From NCBI RefSeq assembly GCF_003790525.1, contig NZ_CP033635.1: a DNA stretch of 64,000 bases; one strand, given 5' to 3'. The notes beneath the pieces are model-generated. The model was not told the DNA's origin. It searched no databases and was given only the letters and a program-made list of their open reading frames with translations. This document shows positions 26,046-37,018 of the stretch, in pieces. Position 1 is the stretch's first letter, and each line of letters starts with the position of its first letter. The DNA comes from Escherichia coli (lineage in GTDB: Bacteria > Pseudomonadota > Gammaproteobacteria > Enterobacterales > Enterobacteriaceae). The position numbers and the translations under genes were made by a program.

Positions 26046-26310
26046 GTAAACCTCTTCCTTCGGGCTTTAAATGAGCAATAACCTTAATGAATGTGACGAT
26101 ACATTCTGGAATGGCAGTATTCTCGGCTATTGGCTGAAGTATACCCATACCCGGAAAGAGTTACTCCTTATTTGCCGCGTGGTTAGTCGCTTTACATCGG
26201 TAAGGGTAGGGATTTTACAGCACCGTGAAAAATCTCATAATTTTTATGAAATCACTGTACTCACTATGGGTAATGATAAATATCAATGATAGATAAAGTT
26301 ATCTTATCGT

Positions 26311-26324
26311 TTGATTTACATCAA
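26311..26324. promoter_or_regulatory. FNR-type box (TTGAT-N4-ATCAA) in narK promoter region
   Basis: ttgatttacatcaa read directly, about 60 nt upstream of narK start. Confidence 0.6.
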
Positions 26325-26383
26325 ATTGCCTTTAGCTACAGACACTAAGGTGGCAGACATCGAAACGAGTATCAGAGGTGTCT

Positions 26384-27775
26384 ATGAGTCACTCATCCGC
26401 CCCCGAAAGGGCTACTGGAGCTGTCATTACAGATTGGCGACCGGAAGATCCTGCGTTCTGGCAACAACGCGGTCAACGTATTGCCAGCCGCAACCTGTGG
26501 ATTTCCGTTCCCTGTCTGCTGCTGGCGTTTTGCGTATGGATGTTGTTCAGCGCTGTTGCGGTGAACTTACCGAAAGTCGGTTTTAATTTTACGACCGATC
26601 AGCTATTTATGTTGACTGCGCTGCCTTCGGTTTCTGGCGCGTTATTACGTGTTCCATACTCCTTTATGGTTCCTATCTTCGGTGGTCGTCGCTGGACGGC
26701 GTTCAGCACCGGTATTCTGATTATTCCTTGCGTCTGGCTGGGTTTTGCCGTGCAGGATACCTCCACGCCTTATAGCGTCTTCATCATCATCTCTCTGCTG
26801 TGCGGCTTTGCTGGCGCGAACTTCGCATCCAGTATGGCAAACATCAGCTTCTTCTTTCCGAAACAGAAGCAGGGTGGCGCGCTGGGTCTGAATGGTGGTC
26901 TGGGCAACATGGGCGTCAGCGTCATGCAGTTGGTTGCTCCGCTGGTGGTATCACTGTCGATTTTCGCAGTATTTGGTAGCCAGGGTGTCAAACAGCCGGA
27001 TGGGACTGAGCTGTATCTGGCGAATGCGTCCTGGGTATGGGTGCCGTTCCTTGCCATCTTCACCATTGCGGCGTGGTTTGGCATGAACGATCTTGCTACC
27101 TCGAAAGCCTCCATCAAGGAGCAGTTGCCGGTACTCAAACGGGGTCATCTGTGGATTATGAGCCTGCTGTATCTGGCAACCTTCGGCTCCTTCATCGGCT
27201 TCTCCGCGGGCTTTGCGATGCTGTCAAAAACGCAGTTCCCGGATGTTCAGATTCTGCAATACGCTTTCTTCGGGCCGTTTATTGGTGCGCTGGCGCGTTC
27301 TGCAGGTGGCGCATTATCTGACCGTCTGGGCGGAACTCGTGTCACGCTGGTGAACTTTATCCTGATGGCGATTTTCAGCGGCCTGCTGTTCCTGACCTTA
27401 CCGACTGACGGACAGGGCGGAAGCTTCATGGCGTTCTTCGCAGTCTTCCTGGCGCTGTTCCTGACAGCTGGGCTGGGTAGTGGTTCCACTTTCCAGATGA
27501 TTTCCGTGATCTTCCGTAAACTGACAATGGATCGCGTGAAAGCAGAAGGGGGTTCTGACGAACGTGCGATGCGTGAAGCGGCAACCGACACGGCGGCGGC
27601 GCTGGGTTTCATCTCTGCGATTGGCGCGATTGGTGGCTTCTTTATCCCGAAAGCGTTTGGTAGCTCGCTGGCATTAACGGGTTCGCCAGTCGGCGCAATG
27701 AAAGTATTTTTGATTTTCTATATCGCCTGCGTGGTGATTACCTGGGCGGTATATGGTCGGCATTCTAAAAAATAA
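26384..27775 (+). CDS. narK: Nitrate/nitrite transporter NarK (MFS)
   Basis: ORF track 26378..27775; trimmed to ATG giving MSHSSAPERATGAVITDW, 463 aa. Confidence 0.95.
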   Translation: MSHSSAPERATGAVITDWRPEDPAFWQQRGQRIASRNLWISVPCLLLAFCVWMLFSAVAVNLPKVGFNFTTDQLFMLTALPSVSGALLRVPYSFMVPIFGGRRWTAFSTGILIIPCVWLGFAVQDTSTPYSVFIIISLLCGFAGANFASSMANISFFFPKQKQGGALGLNGGLGNMGVSVMQLVAPLVVSLSIFAVFGSQGVKQPDGTELYLANASWVWVPFLAIFTIAAWFGMNDLATSKASIKEQLPVLKRGHLWIMSLLYLATFGSFIGFSAGFAMLSKTQFPDVQILQYAFFGPFIGALARSAGGALSDRLGGTRVTLVNFILMAIFSGLLFLTLPTDGQGGSFMAFFAVFLALFLTAGLGSGSTFQMISVIFRKLTMDRVKAEGGSDERAMREAATDTAAALGFISAIGAIGGFFIPKAFGSSLALTGSPVGAMKVFLIFYIACVVITWAVYGRHSKK

Positions 27776-27900
27776 ATCTTAATATTTGATTATCCTTTGC
27801 GCGGCATGATGTCGCGCTTTTTTTATGCGTCATTTAGTTACAACATACTCATATTATATTGGCTTATTTCGCCGGATTTCATTAAGAGCCATTAATATGT

Positions 27901-27930
27901 TACCCATGGGGAATACTCCTTAATACCCAT
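27901..27930. promoter_or_regulatory. Cluster of NarL-type heptamers (TACYYMT) upstream of narG
   Basis: tacccat / tactcct / tacccat heptamers read directly about 250 nt upstream of narG start. Confidence 0.5.
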
Positions 27931-28063
27931 CTGCATAAAAATCTTAATAGTTTAAATAACTACAGGTATAAAACGTCTTAATTTACAGCGTGTTATGCTG
28001 TAACTGCTAATTATCCTAAAGGGGTATCTTAGGAATTTACTTTATTTTTCATCCCCATCACTC

Positions 28064-28077
28064 TTGATCGTTATCAA
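28064..28077. promoter_or_regulatory. FNR-type box (TTGAT-N4-ATCAA) of the narG promoter
   Basis: ttgatcgttatcaa read directly about 95 nt upstream of narG ATG. Confidence 0.65.
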
Positions 28078-28168
28078 TTCTCACGCTGTTTCAGAGCGTT
28101 ACTTTGCCCTTAAACATTAGCAATGTCGATTTATCAGAGGGCCGACAGGCTCCCACAGGAGAAAACCG

Positions 28169-31100
28169 ATGAGTAAATTCCTGGACCGGTTTCGCTACTT
28201 CAAACAGAAGGGTGAAACCTTTGCCGATGGGCATGGCCAGCTTCTCAATACCAACCGCGACTGGGAGGATGGATATCGCCAGCGTTGGCAGCATGACAAA
28301 ATCGTCCGCTCTACCCACGGGGTAAACTGCACCGGCTCCTGCAGCTGGAAAATCTACGTCAAAAACGGTCTGGTGACCTGGGAAACCCAGCAGACTGACT
28401 ATCCGCGTACTCGCCCGGACCTGCCAAACCATGAACCTCGCGGCTGCCCGCGCGGTGCCAGCTACTCCTGGTATCTTTACAGCGCCAACCGCCTGAAATA
28501 CCCAATGATGCGCAAACGCCTGATGAAAATGTGGCGTGAAGCGAAGGCGCTGCATAGCGATCCGGTTGAGGCATGGGCTTCTATCATTGAAGACGCCGAT
28601 AAAGCGAAAAGCTTTAAGCAGGCGCGTGGACGCGGTGGTTTTGTTCGTTCTTCCTGGCAGGAAGTGAATGAACTGATCGCCGCCTCTAACGTTTACACCA
28701 TCAAAAACTACGGCCCGGACCGCGTCGCTGGCTTCTCGCCAATTCCGGCAATGTCGATGGTTTCTTACGCATCGGGTGCACGCTATCTTTCGCTGATTGG
28801 CGGTACTTGCTTAAGCTTCTACGACTGGTACTGCGACCTGCCTCCTGCGTCTCCGCAAACCTGGGGCGAGCAAACTGACGTACCGGAATCTGCTGACTGG
28901 TACAACTCCAGCTACATCATCGCCTGGGGTTCAAACGTGCCGCAGACGCGTACCCCGGATGCTCACTTCTTTACTGAAGTGCGTTACAAAGGCACCAAAA
29001 CTGTTGCCGTCACACCAGACTACGCTGAAATCGCCAAACTGTGCGATCTGTGGCTGGCACCGAAACAGGGCACCGATGCGGCAATGGCGCTGGCAATGGG
29101 TCACGTAATGCTGCGTGAATTCCACCTCGACAACCCAAGCCAGTATTTCACCGACTATGTGCGTCGCTACACCGACATGCCGATGCTGGTGATGCTGGAA
29201 GAACGCGACGGTTACTACGCCGCAGGTCGTATGCTGCGCGCTGCCGATCTGGTGGATGCGCTGGGCCAGGAAAACAATCCGGAATGGAAAACTGTCGCCT
29301 TTAATACCAATGGCGAAATGGTTGCGCCGAACGGTTCTATTGGCTTCCGCTGGGGCGAGAAGGGCAAATGGAATCTTGAGCAGCGCGACGGCAAAACTGG
29401 CGAAGAAACCGAGCTGCAACTGAGCCTGCTGGGTAGCCAGGATGAGATCGCTGAGGTGGGCTTCCCGTACTTTGGTGGCGACGGCACGGAACACTTCAAC
29501 AAAGTGGAACTGGAAAACGTGCTGCTGCACAAGCTGCCGGTGAAACGCTTGCAACTGGCTGATGGCAGCACCGCCCTGGTGACCACCGTTTATGATCTGA
29601 CGCTGGCAAACTATGGTCTGGAACGTGGCCTGAACGACGTTAACTGTGCAGCCAGCTATGACGATGTGAAAGCTTACACTCCGGCGTGGGCCGAGCAAAT
29701 CACTGGCGTTTCTCGCAGCCAGATTATTCGCATCGCCCGTGAATTTGCCGATAACGCTGATAAAACGCACGGTCGTTCGATGATTATCGTCGGTGCGGGA
29801 CTGAACCACTGGTATCACCTGGACATGAACTATCGTGGTCTGATCAACATGCTGATTTTCTGCGGCTGTGTCGGTCAGAGCGGGGGGGGCTGGGCGCACT
29901 ATGTAGGTCAGGAAAAACTGCGTCCGCAAACCGGCTGGCAGCCGCTGGCGTTTGCCCTCGACTGGCAGCGTCCGGCGCGTCACATGAACAGTACCTCTTA
30001 TTTCTATAACCACTCCAGCCAGTGGCGTTATGAAACCGTGACTGCGGAAGAACTGCTGTCGCCGATGGCGGATAAATCTCGCTATACCGGGCACTTGATC
30101 GACTTTAACGTCCGTGCAGAACGCATGGGCTGGCTGCCGTCTGCGCCGCAGTTAGGCACTAACCCGCTGACTATCGCTCGCGAAGCAGAAAAAGCCGGGA
30201 TGAATCCGGTGGACTATACGGTGAAATCCCTGAAAGAGGGTTCTATCCGTTTCGCTGCGGAACAGCCGGAAAACGGTAAAAACCACCCGCGTAATCTGTT
30301 CATCTGGCGTTCTAACCTGCTCGGTTCTTCCGGTAAAGGTCATGAGTTTATGCTCAAGTACCTGCTGGGGACGGAGCACGGTATCCAGGGCAAAGACCTG
30401 GGGCAGCAGGGCGGCGTGAAGCCGGAAGAAGTGGACTGGCAGGACAACGGTCTGGAAGGCAAGCTGGATCTGGTGGTGACGCTGGACTTCCGTCTGTCGA
30501 GCACCTGTCTCTATTCCGACATCATTTTGCCGACGGCGACCTGGTACGAAAAAGACGACATGAATACTTCGGATATGCATCCGTTTATTCACCCGCTGTC
30601 TGCGGCGGTCGATCCGGCCTGGGAAGCGAAAAGCGACTGGGAAATCTACAAAGCCATTGCGAAGAAATTCTCCGAAGTGTGCGTTGGTCATCTGGGTAAA
30701 GAAACTGACATCGTCACGCTGCCGATCCAGCACGACTCTGCCGCTGAACTGGCGCAGCCGCTGGATGTGAAAGACTGGAAAAAAGGCGAATGCGACCTGA
30801 TCCCAGGCAAAACTGCACCGCACATTATGGTCGTAGAGCGCGATTATCCGGCAACTTACGAACGCTTTACCTCTATCGGCCCGCTGATGGAGAAAATCGG
30901 TAACGGCGGTAAAGGGATTGCCTGGAACACCCAGAGCGAGATGGATCTGCTGCGTAAGCTCAACTACACCAAAGCGGAAGGTCCGGCGAAAGGCCAGCCG
31001 ATGCTGAACACCGCAATTGATGCGGCAGAGATGATCCTGACGCTGGCACCGGAAACCAACGGTCAGGTAGCTGTAAAAGCCTGGGCTGCCCTGAGCGAGT

Positions 31101-31912
31101 TTACCGGCCGTGATCATACGCATCTGGCGCTGAATAAAGAAGACGAGAAGATTCGCTTCCGCGATATTCAGGCACAGCCGCGCAAAATCATCTCCAGCCC
31201 GACATGGTCTGGCCTGGAAGATGAACACGTTTCTTACAACGCCGGTTACACCAACGTTCACGAGCTGATCCCGTGGCGTACGCTCTCTGGCCGTCAGCAG
31301 CTGTATCAGGATCACCAATGGATGCGTGATTTCGGTGAAAGCCTGCTGGTTTATCGTCCGCCGATCGACACCCGTTCGGTGAAAGAAGTGATGGGCCAGA
31401 AATCTAACGGTAATCCGGAAAAAGCGCTCAACTTCCTGACACCGCACCAGAAGTGGGGTATCCACTCCACCTACAGCGACAACCTGCTGATGCTGACTTT
31501 AGGTCGCGGTGGTCCGGTGGTCTGGTTGAGTGAAGCCGATGCCAAAGAGCTGGGTATCGCCGACAACGACTGGATTGAAGTCTTCAACAGCAACGGTGCA
31601 TTGACTGCCCGTGCGGTTGTCAGCCAGCGTGTTCCGGCAGGGATGACCATGATGTACCACGCGCAGGAACGTATCGTTAACCTGCCTGGTTCGGAAATTA
31701 CCCAACAGCGTGGTGGTATCCATAACTCGGTCACCCGTATCACGCCGAAACCGACGCATATGATCGGCGGCTATGCCCATCTGGCATACGGCTTTAACTA
31801 CTACGGCACCGTAGGTTCTAACCGCGATGAGTTTGTTGTAGTGCGTAAGATGAAGAACATTGACTGGTTAGATGGCGAAGGCAATGACCAGGTACAGGAG
31901 AGCGTAAAATGA
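28169..31912 (+). CDS. narG: Respiratory nitrate reductase 1 alpha subunit
   Basis: ORF track; 1247 aa, MSKFLDRFRYFKQKGETFADGHG, molybdopterin oxidoreductase. Confidence 0.97.
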   Translation: MSKFLDRFRYFKQKGETFADGHGQLLNTNRDWEDGYRQRWQHDKIVRSTHGVNCTGSCSWKIYVKNGLVTWETQQTDYPRTRPDLPNHEPRGCPRGASYSWYLYSANRLKYPMMRKRLMKMWREAKALHSDPVEAWASIIEDADKAKSFKQARGRGGFVRSSWQEVNELIAASNVYTIKNYGPDRVAGFSPIPAMSMVSYASGARYLSLIGGTCLSFYDWYCDLPPASPQTWGEQTDVPESADWYNSSYIIAWGSNVPQTRTPDAHFFTEVRYKGTKTVAVTPDYAEIAKLCDLWLAPKQGTDAAMALAMGHVMLREFHLDNPSQYFTDYVRRYTDMPMLVMLEERDGYYAAGRMLRAADLVDALGQENNPEWKTVAFNTNGEMVAPNGSIGFRWGEKGKWNLEQRDGKTGEETELQLSLLGSQDEIAEVGFPYFGGDGTEHFNKVELENVLLHKLPVKRLQLADGSTALVTTVYDLTLANYGLERGLNDVNCAASYDDVKAYTPAWAEQITGVSRSQIIRIAREFADNADKTHGRSMIIVGAGLNHWYHLDMNYRGLINMLIFCGCVGQSGGGWAHYVGQEKLRPQTGWQPLAFALDWQRPARHMNSTSYFYNHSSQWRYETVTAEELLSPMADKSRYTGHLIDFNVRAERMGWLPSAPQLGTNPLTIAREAEKAGMNPVDYTVKSLKEGSIRFAAEQPENGKNHPRNLFIWRSNLLGSSGKGHEFMLKYLLGTEHGIQGKDLGQQGGVKPEEVDWQDNGLEGKLDLVVTLDFRLSSTCLYSDIILPTATWYEKDDMNTSDMHPFIHPLSAAVDPAWEAKSDWEIYKAIAKKFSEVCVGHLGKETDIVTLPIQHDSAAELAQPLDVKDWKKGECDLIPGKTAPHIMVVERDYPATYERFTSIGPLMEKIGNGGKGIAWNTQSEMDLLRKLNYTKAEGPAKGQPMLNTAIDAAEMILTLAPETNGQVAVKAWAALSEFTGRDHTHLALNKEDEKIRFRDIQAQPRKIISSPTWSGLEDEHVSYNAGYTNVHELIPWRTLSGRQQLYQDHQWMRDFGESLLVYRPPIDTRSVKEVMGQKSNGNPEKALNFLTPHQKWGIHSTYSDNLLMLTLGRGGPVVWLSEADAKELGIADNDWIEVFNSNGALTARAVVSQRVPAGMTMMYHAQERIVNLPGSEITQQRGGIHNSVTRITPKPTHMIGGYAHLAYGFNYYGTVGSNRDEFVVVRKMKNIDWLDGEGNDQVQESVK

Positions 31913-33447
31913 AAATTCGTTCACAAGTCGGCATGGTGCTGAATCTCGATAAGTGCATCGGCTGCCACACCTGTTCAGTTACCTGTAAAAACGTCTGGAC
32001 CAGCCGCGAAGGCGTGGAATACGCGTGGTTCAACAACGTGGAAACCAAGCCGGGCCAGGGCTTCCCGACTGACTGGGAAAACCAGGAAAAATACAAAGGC
32101 GGCTGGATCCGTAAAATCAACGGCAAACTGCAGCCGCGCATGGGTAACCGCGCCATGCTGCTGGGTAAAATCTTCGCTAACCCGCATCTGCCGGGGATCG
32201 ACGATTATTACGAGCCGTTCGATTTTGACTATCAGAACCTGCATACCGCGCCGGAAGGCAGCAAGTCGCAGCCGATTGCCCGTCCGCGTTCGCTGATTAC
32301 CGGCGAACGGATGGCGAAAATCGAAAAAGGGCCGAACTGGGAAGATGACCTGGGCGGTGAGTTCGACAAGCTGGCGAAAGACAAGAACTTCGACAACATC
32401 CAGAAGGCGATGTATAGCCAGTTCGAAAACACCTTCATGATGTATTTGCCGCGCCTGTGCGAACACTGCCTGAACCCGGCATGTGTGGCGACCTGCCCGA
32501 GCGGTGCGATTTACAAGCGTGAAGAAGATGGCATCGTCCTGATCGACCAGGATAAATGCCGTGGCTGGCGTATGTGCATCACCGGATGCCCGTACAAAAA
32601 AATCTATTTCAACTGGAAGAGCGGTAAGTCTGAGAAGTGCATCTTCTGCTATCCGCGTATTGAAGCGGGTCAGCCGACCGTGTGCTCAGAAACCTGTGTC
32701 GGTCGTATCCGTTATCTCGGCGTGCTGTTGTACGATGCCGACGCTATTGAACGTGCAGCCAGCACTGAGAACGAGAAAGATCTTTACCAGCGTCAGCTGG
32801 ACGTGTTCCTCGATCCGAACGATCCGAAAGTCATCGAGCAGGCGATTAAAGACGGTATTCCGCTGAGCGTTATTGAAGCCGCACAGCAGTCGCCGGTTTA
32901 TAAAATGGCGATGGAATGGAAACTGGCGCTGCCGCTGCATCCGGAATATCGCACACTGCCGATGGTCTGGTACGTGCCGCCTCTGTCTCCGATTCAGTCT
33001 GCAGCAGACGCGGGTGAGCTGGGTAGCAACGGCATTCTGCCAGACGTCGAAAGCCTGCGTATTCCGGTGCAGTATCTGGCGAATCTGCTGACCGCCGGTG
33101 ATACCAAACCGGTACTGCGCGCGCTGAAACGTATGCTGGCGATGCGTCATTATAAACGTGCTGAAACCGTTGACGGGAAAGTGGATACCCGTGCGCTGGA
33201 AGAGGTCGGTCTGACCGAAGCCCAGGCACAGGAGATGTACCGTTATCTGGCGATTGCTAACTACGAAGATCGCTTTGTGGTGCCGAGTAGTCATCGTGAA
33301 CTGGCGCGGGAAGCCTTCCCGGAGAAAAATGGCTGCGGCTTTACCTTTGGTGATGGCTGCCACGGTTCAGATACCAAATTCAATCTGTTCAACAGCCGCC
33401 GTATCGATGCCATCGACGTAACCAGCAAAACGGAGCCGCACCCATGA
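31909..33447 (+). CDS. narH: Respiratory nitrate reductase 1 beta subunit (Fe-S)
   Basis: ORF track; 512 aa with multiple Cys clusters; ATGA overlap with narG. Confidence 0.97.
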   Translation: MKIRSQVGMVLNLDKCIGCHTCSVTCKNVWTSREGVEYAWFNNVETKPGQGFPTDWENQEKYKGGWIRKINGKLQPRMGNRAMLLGKIFANPHLPGIDDYYEPFDFDYQNLHTAPEGSKSQPIARPRSLITGERMAKIEKGPNWEDDLGGEFDKLAKDKNFDNIQKAMYSQFENTFMMYLPRLCEHCLNPACVATCPSGAIYKREEDGIVLIDQDKCRGWRMCITGCPYKKIYFNWKSGKSEKCIFCYPRIEAGQPTVCSETCVGRIRYLGVLLYDADAIERAASTENEKDLYQRQLDVFLDPNDPKVIEQAIKDGIPLSVIEAAQQSPVYKMAMEWKLALPLHPEYRTLPMVWYVPPLSPIQSAADAGELGSNGILPDVESLRIPVQYLANLLTAGDTKPVLRALKRMLAMRHYKRAETVDGKVDTRALEEVGLTEAQAQEMYRYLAIANYEDRFVVPSSHRELAREAFPEKNGCGFTFGDGCHGSDTKFNLFNSRRIDAIDVTSKTEPHP

Positions 33448-34154
33448 TCGAACTCGTGATTGTATCGCGTCTCCTTGAATATCCGGATGCTGCCTTATGG
33501 CAGCATCAACAAGAGATGTTTGAGGCGATTGCTGCGTCGAAAAATCTGTCGAAAGAAGATGCCCATGCGCTGGGCATTTTCCTGCGCGATTTAACGGCGA
33601 TGGATCCGCTCGATGCTCAGGCCCAGTACAGCGAACTGTTCGACCGTGGTCGTGCCACGTCACTGTTGCTGTTTGAACATGTGCACGGTGAATCCCGCGA
33701 CCGCGGTCAGGCGATGGTAGACCTGCTGGCGCAGTATGAGCAGCACGGTTTGCAGTTAAACAGCCGCGAATTGCCCGACCATCTGCCGCTGTATCTGGAG
33801 TACCTGGCGCAGCTGCCGCAAAGCGAAGCCGTGGAGGGTTTGAAAGATATTGCGCCGATTCTGGCATTGCTGAGTGCGCGTCTGCAACAGCGTGAAAGCC
33901 GTTATGCCGTGCTGTTTGATCTGCTGCTGAAACTGGCGAATACCGCTATCGACAGCGACAAAGTGGCGGAAAAAATTGCCGACGAAGCGCGCGACGATAC
34001 GCCGCAGGCGCTGGATGCCGTCTGGGAAGAAGAGCAGGTTAAATTCTTTGCTGACAAAGGCTGCGGTGATTCAGCAATCACTGCTCATCAGCGTCGCTTT
34101 GCCGGTGCCGTCGCGCCGCAATATCTGAATATCACCACCGGAGGACAGCACTAA
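33444..34154 (+). CDS. narJ: Nitrate reductase assembly chaperone NarJ
   Basis: ORF track; 236 aa; overlaps narH stop. Confidence 0.95.
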   Translation: MIELVIVSRLLEYPDAALWQHQQEMFEAIAASKNLSKEDAHALGIFLRDLTAMDPLDAQAQYSELFDRGRATSLLLFEHVHGESRDRGQAMVDLLAQYEQHGLQLNSRELPDHLPLYLEYLAQLPQSEAVEGLKDIAPILALLSARLQQRESRYAVLFDLLLKLANTAIDSDKVAEKIADEARDDTPQALDAVWEEEQVKFFADKGCGDSAITAHQRRFAGAVAPQYLNITTGGQH

Positions 34155-34831
34155 TGCAATTCCTGAATATGTTCTTCTTTGATATCTACCCGTACATAGC
34201 CGGGGCGGTCTTCCTGATTGGTAGCTGGCTGCGTTATGACTACGGGCAGTACACCTGGCGCGCGGCGTCCAGCCAGATGCTGGATCGCAAAGGGATGAAC
34301 CTGGCGTCGAACCTGTTCCATATCGGTATTCTGGGGATTTTTGTCGGTCACTTCTTCGGTATGCTGACGCCGCACTGGATGTATGAAGCCTGGCTGCCGA
34401 TTGAAGTGAAACAGAAAATGGCGATGTTTGCTGGTGGTGCCAGCGGTGTGCTGTGTCTGATTGGCGGCGTGCTGTTGCTGAAGCGTCGTCTGTTCAGCCC
34501 ACGCGTGCGTGCAACCACTACCGGAGCGGATATCCTGATCCTGTCGCTGCTCGTTATCCAGTGCGCGCTGGGCTTGCTGACCATTCCGTTCTCAGCCCAG
34601 CATATGGACGGTAGCGAGATGATGAAACTGGTTGGCTGGGCGCAGTCGGTAGTGACCTTCCACGGTGGTGCTTCTCAACATCTTGATGGTGTGGCATTTA
34701 TCTTCCGTCTGCACCTGGTGTTGGGGATGACGTTATTCCTGCTGTTCCCGTTCTCGCGTCTGGTGCACATCTGGAGCGTACCGGTGGAGTATCTGACACG
34801 TAAGTATCAGCTGGTGCGCGCCCGTCACTAA
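34154..34831 (+). CDS. narI: Respiratory nitrate reductase 1 gamma subunit (cytochrome b)
   Basis: ORF track; 225 aa hydrophobic. Confidence 0.95.
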   Translation: MQFLNMFFFDIYPYIAGAVFLIGSWLRYDYGQYTWRAASSQMLDRKGMNLASNLFHIGILGIFVGHFFGMLTPHWMYEAWLPIEVKQKMAMFAGGASGVLCLIGGVLLLKRRLFSPRVRATTTGADILILSLLVIQCALGLLTIPFSAQHMDGSEMMKLVGWAQSVVTFHGGASQHLDGVAFIFRLHLVLGMTLFLLFPFSRLVHIWSVPVEYLTRKYQLVRARH

Positions 34832-34852
34832 GCGAATTTTAGTTCACATAGA

Positions 34853-34875
34853 CCCTGCTTCGGCGGGGTTTTTTT
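34853..34875 (+). terminator. Putative rho-independent terminator of narGHJI
   Basis: ccctgc-ttcg-gcgggg hairpin followed by T7 directly after narI stop. Confidence 0.65.
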
Positions 34876-34889
34876 ATGGGCACGGTGCG

Positions 34890-35192
34890 GGGTGAGTTGT
34901 CGGATGCGCTTCGCTTATCCGAACTTCAGGGGAGGATATTTTAGGTCCGGTAAACGCGGTGCCATCGGGCAGAATTAGCTCGGAGTAACAGGTTTTGAGT
35001 ATTTCAGGAAGTAATGGTGGTGGGGGAAGGATTACTAGCGCTGCGCGCTTCACCCTTCGGATCGTTGCCTGCGGCAACGCTTTCTCGCTGGCGCTCGAGT
35101 CGCACCTTGGTCGAAGCTTCTCATCCCTCCCCGCATGGGCAGAATATTTAATTGCGGATTCGTTTGAGAGTTCACGGACTTTTGAAAAGTGA
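34890..35192 (-). repeat. tyrT operon distal repeat region (carries copies of the tRNA 3' end; expected location of rtT RNA / tpr)
   Basis: tggtggtgggggaaggatt (3' end of tRNA-Tyr, reverse complement) recurs at about 35012 and again at the tRNA starts about 180 bp apart; exact tpr/rtT boundaries not resolved. Confidence 0.5.
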
Positions 35193-35277
<85 letters not shown>

Positions 35278-35311
35278 AGGGGTAATTCAAATTTTGAGGT
35301 AATGCTTGAGA

Positions 35312-35396
<85 letters not shown>

Positions 35397-35446
35397 ACGG
35401 GGTAATGCTTTTTACTGGCCTGCTCCCTTATCGGGAAGCGGGGCGC

Positions 35447-35475
35447 ATCATATCAAATGACGCGCCGCTGTAAAG
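35447..35475 (-). promoter_or_regulatory. tyrT promoter (-35 TTTACA, -10 TATGAT, GC-rich discriminator)
   Basis: Minus-strand reads TTTACAGCGGCGCGTCATTTGATATGATGCGCCCCGCTTCCCG; 16-bp spacer; AT-rich upstream region. Confidence 0.7.
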
Positions 35476-35555
35476 TGTTACGTTGAGAAAAATGAACTGG
35501 TTGCGTAATTTTCATCCGTAACGGATTAAAGGTAACCAGTTATTTTTGCTGGCGA

Positions 35556-36398
35556 TTAAAGAATAATCGTCCGATTACCGTAAACAAAGACGCGCTGCGC
35601 CAGTACTTTGTAGAGTGCGCGACTTAAGACGTTTTTCTCGACGTCACGACCTGCGCGCATCATATCTTCAGCTGTGTAGGTATGATCGACATGAATAACG
35701 TCCTGCATGATGATTGGACCTTCGTCCAGATTGTCATTCACATAGTGAGCGGTTGCGCCAATAATCTTCACGCCACGTTCATAGGCCTGGTGATAAGGAC
35801 GTGCGCCGATAAACGCTGGCAGGAATGAATGGTGAATATTGATGATCTTATTCGGGAAGCGTGCCACAAATTCTGGCGTTAATACCCGCATATACTTCGC
35901 CAGCACCACGTAGTCAGGCTGATAAGCATCAATGGCATCCGCCATCTTTTGATCGTGCTCGTTGCGACTTAATCCTTCATGACTTACCAGCTCAAACGGA
36001 ATATCAAAACGCTCAACCAGAGAACGTAAAGTATCGTGGTTACCAATAACTGCCGCGATTTCGACATCCAGGCCGCCGTAATTGGCTTTCATCAACAAAT
36101 CGCCAAGGCAATGCGCCTCTTTAGTGACCAGAATCACTATCCGGCGACGACCGGCAGGATTCAGCTCACGTACGGAGCCTTCTGGCAATGCGCTATCGAG
36201 ATCCGCCAGCAGGGTGGAATCATTAAAAATCCCCTCCAGTTCCGTGCGCATAAAAAAGCGCCCGGTACGGTGATCAACAAATTCATTGTTCTGTACGATA
36301 TTTAACTCGTGCTTGTAGCAAATATTGGTGATACGTGCGATCAGACCTTTTTGGTCCGGACAAATAGTACGCAGAACTTTACGTTGGAGTGAATGCAT
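35556..36398 (-). CDS. purU: Formyltetrahydrofolate deformylase
   Basis: ORF track; 280 aa MHSLQRKVLRTICPDQKGLIARIT. Confidence 0.95.
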   Translation of the reverse strand: MHSLQRKVLRTICPDQKGLIARITNICYKHELNIVQNNEFVDHRTGRFFMRTELEGIFNDSTLLADLDSALPEGSVRELNPAGRRRIVILVTKEAHCLGDLLMKANYGGLDVEIAAVIGNHDTLRSLVERFDIPFELVSHEGLSRNEHDQKMADAIDAYQPDYVVLAKYMRVLTPEFVARFPNKIINIHHSFLPAFIGARPYHQAYERGVKIIGATAHYVNDNLDEGPIIMQDVIHVDHTYTAEDMMRAGRDVEKNVLSRALYKVLAQRVFVYGNRTIIL

Positions 36399-36447
36399 TG
36401 CTGGAAAAACCTTGTTGAGAGTGTTTGCTAAACCGTACCGTCAACCA

Positions 36448-36906
36448 TTATTGGCCGCAGCACTTTTTAAATTTTTTACCTGAACCACAAGGGCAGGGAT
36501 CGTTGCGGCCAAACTGCGGACGTGTACCGTCAATATAGTACCATTGACCGTTTTCTTTCAAAAATCGCGAACGTTCAATGATTGCACCTGTTTTGCCACC
36601 TTCGGTAAATCGAGCAACAAAACTGACAAATCCGATATTGTCGCCGTCCTGCCAACAATGTTCAAATACGGTCAATCCCAACCATTCAGTATGCGCAAAT
36701 CCGGCCATCAATTCGGCACGTAACGCCGCTGCTCCACAAGATGGATGCCAGGTCTTTATTAAATAATCTGCGTCTTGCATCACAAAAGCGCAGTAACGCG
36801 AACGCATGAGATGTTCTGGATCAGGTGCAACCTTTTCACCAGACACATAAGGGTGGCAACATAGGCTATACTCGACAGCACTACCACAGGGACAAAGCTG
36901 AGACAC
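36448..36906 (-). CDS. ychJ: SEC-C motif protein YchJ (UPF0225)
   Basis: ORF track 36448..36927; trimmed to GTG start (152 aa) from remembered length; C-terminal [14 protein letters not shown] motif. Confidence 0.75.
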   Translation of the reverse strand: MSQLCPCGSAVEYSLCCHPYVSGEKVAPDPEHLMRSRYCAFVMQDADYLIKTWHPSCGAAALRAELMAGFAHTEWLGLTVFEHCWQDGDNIGFVSFVARFTEGGKTGAIIERSRFLKENGQWYYIDGTRPQFGRNDPCPCGSGKKFKKCCGQ

Positions 36907-37018
36907 AAATAATCTCCCTGGAAACAATAACGGCGTATTAACCGCCTGAGTAGCACTATGTTAACCGAGCAGTAGCGATGTGGCTACGATTGCATTCCAG
37001 GGGAATCTTGCGGGAATA

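Noticed and set aside
29882-29889. G8 homopolymer inside narG
   Set aside because: Lies in frame as GGG GGG GGC codons encoding the glycine run of ...GQSGGGW...; no evidence of frameshift, so treated as ordinary coding sequence.
28931-31465. Two long minus-strand ORFs (387 and 437 aa) inside narG
   Set aside because: Antisense to narG, whose product is unambiguous; Arg/His-rich translations typical of reverse-frame artefacts.
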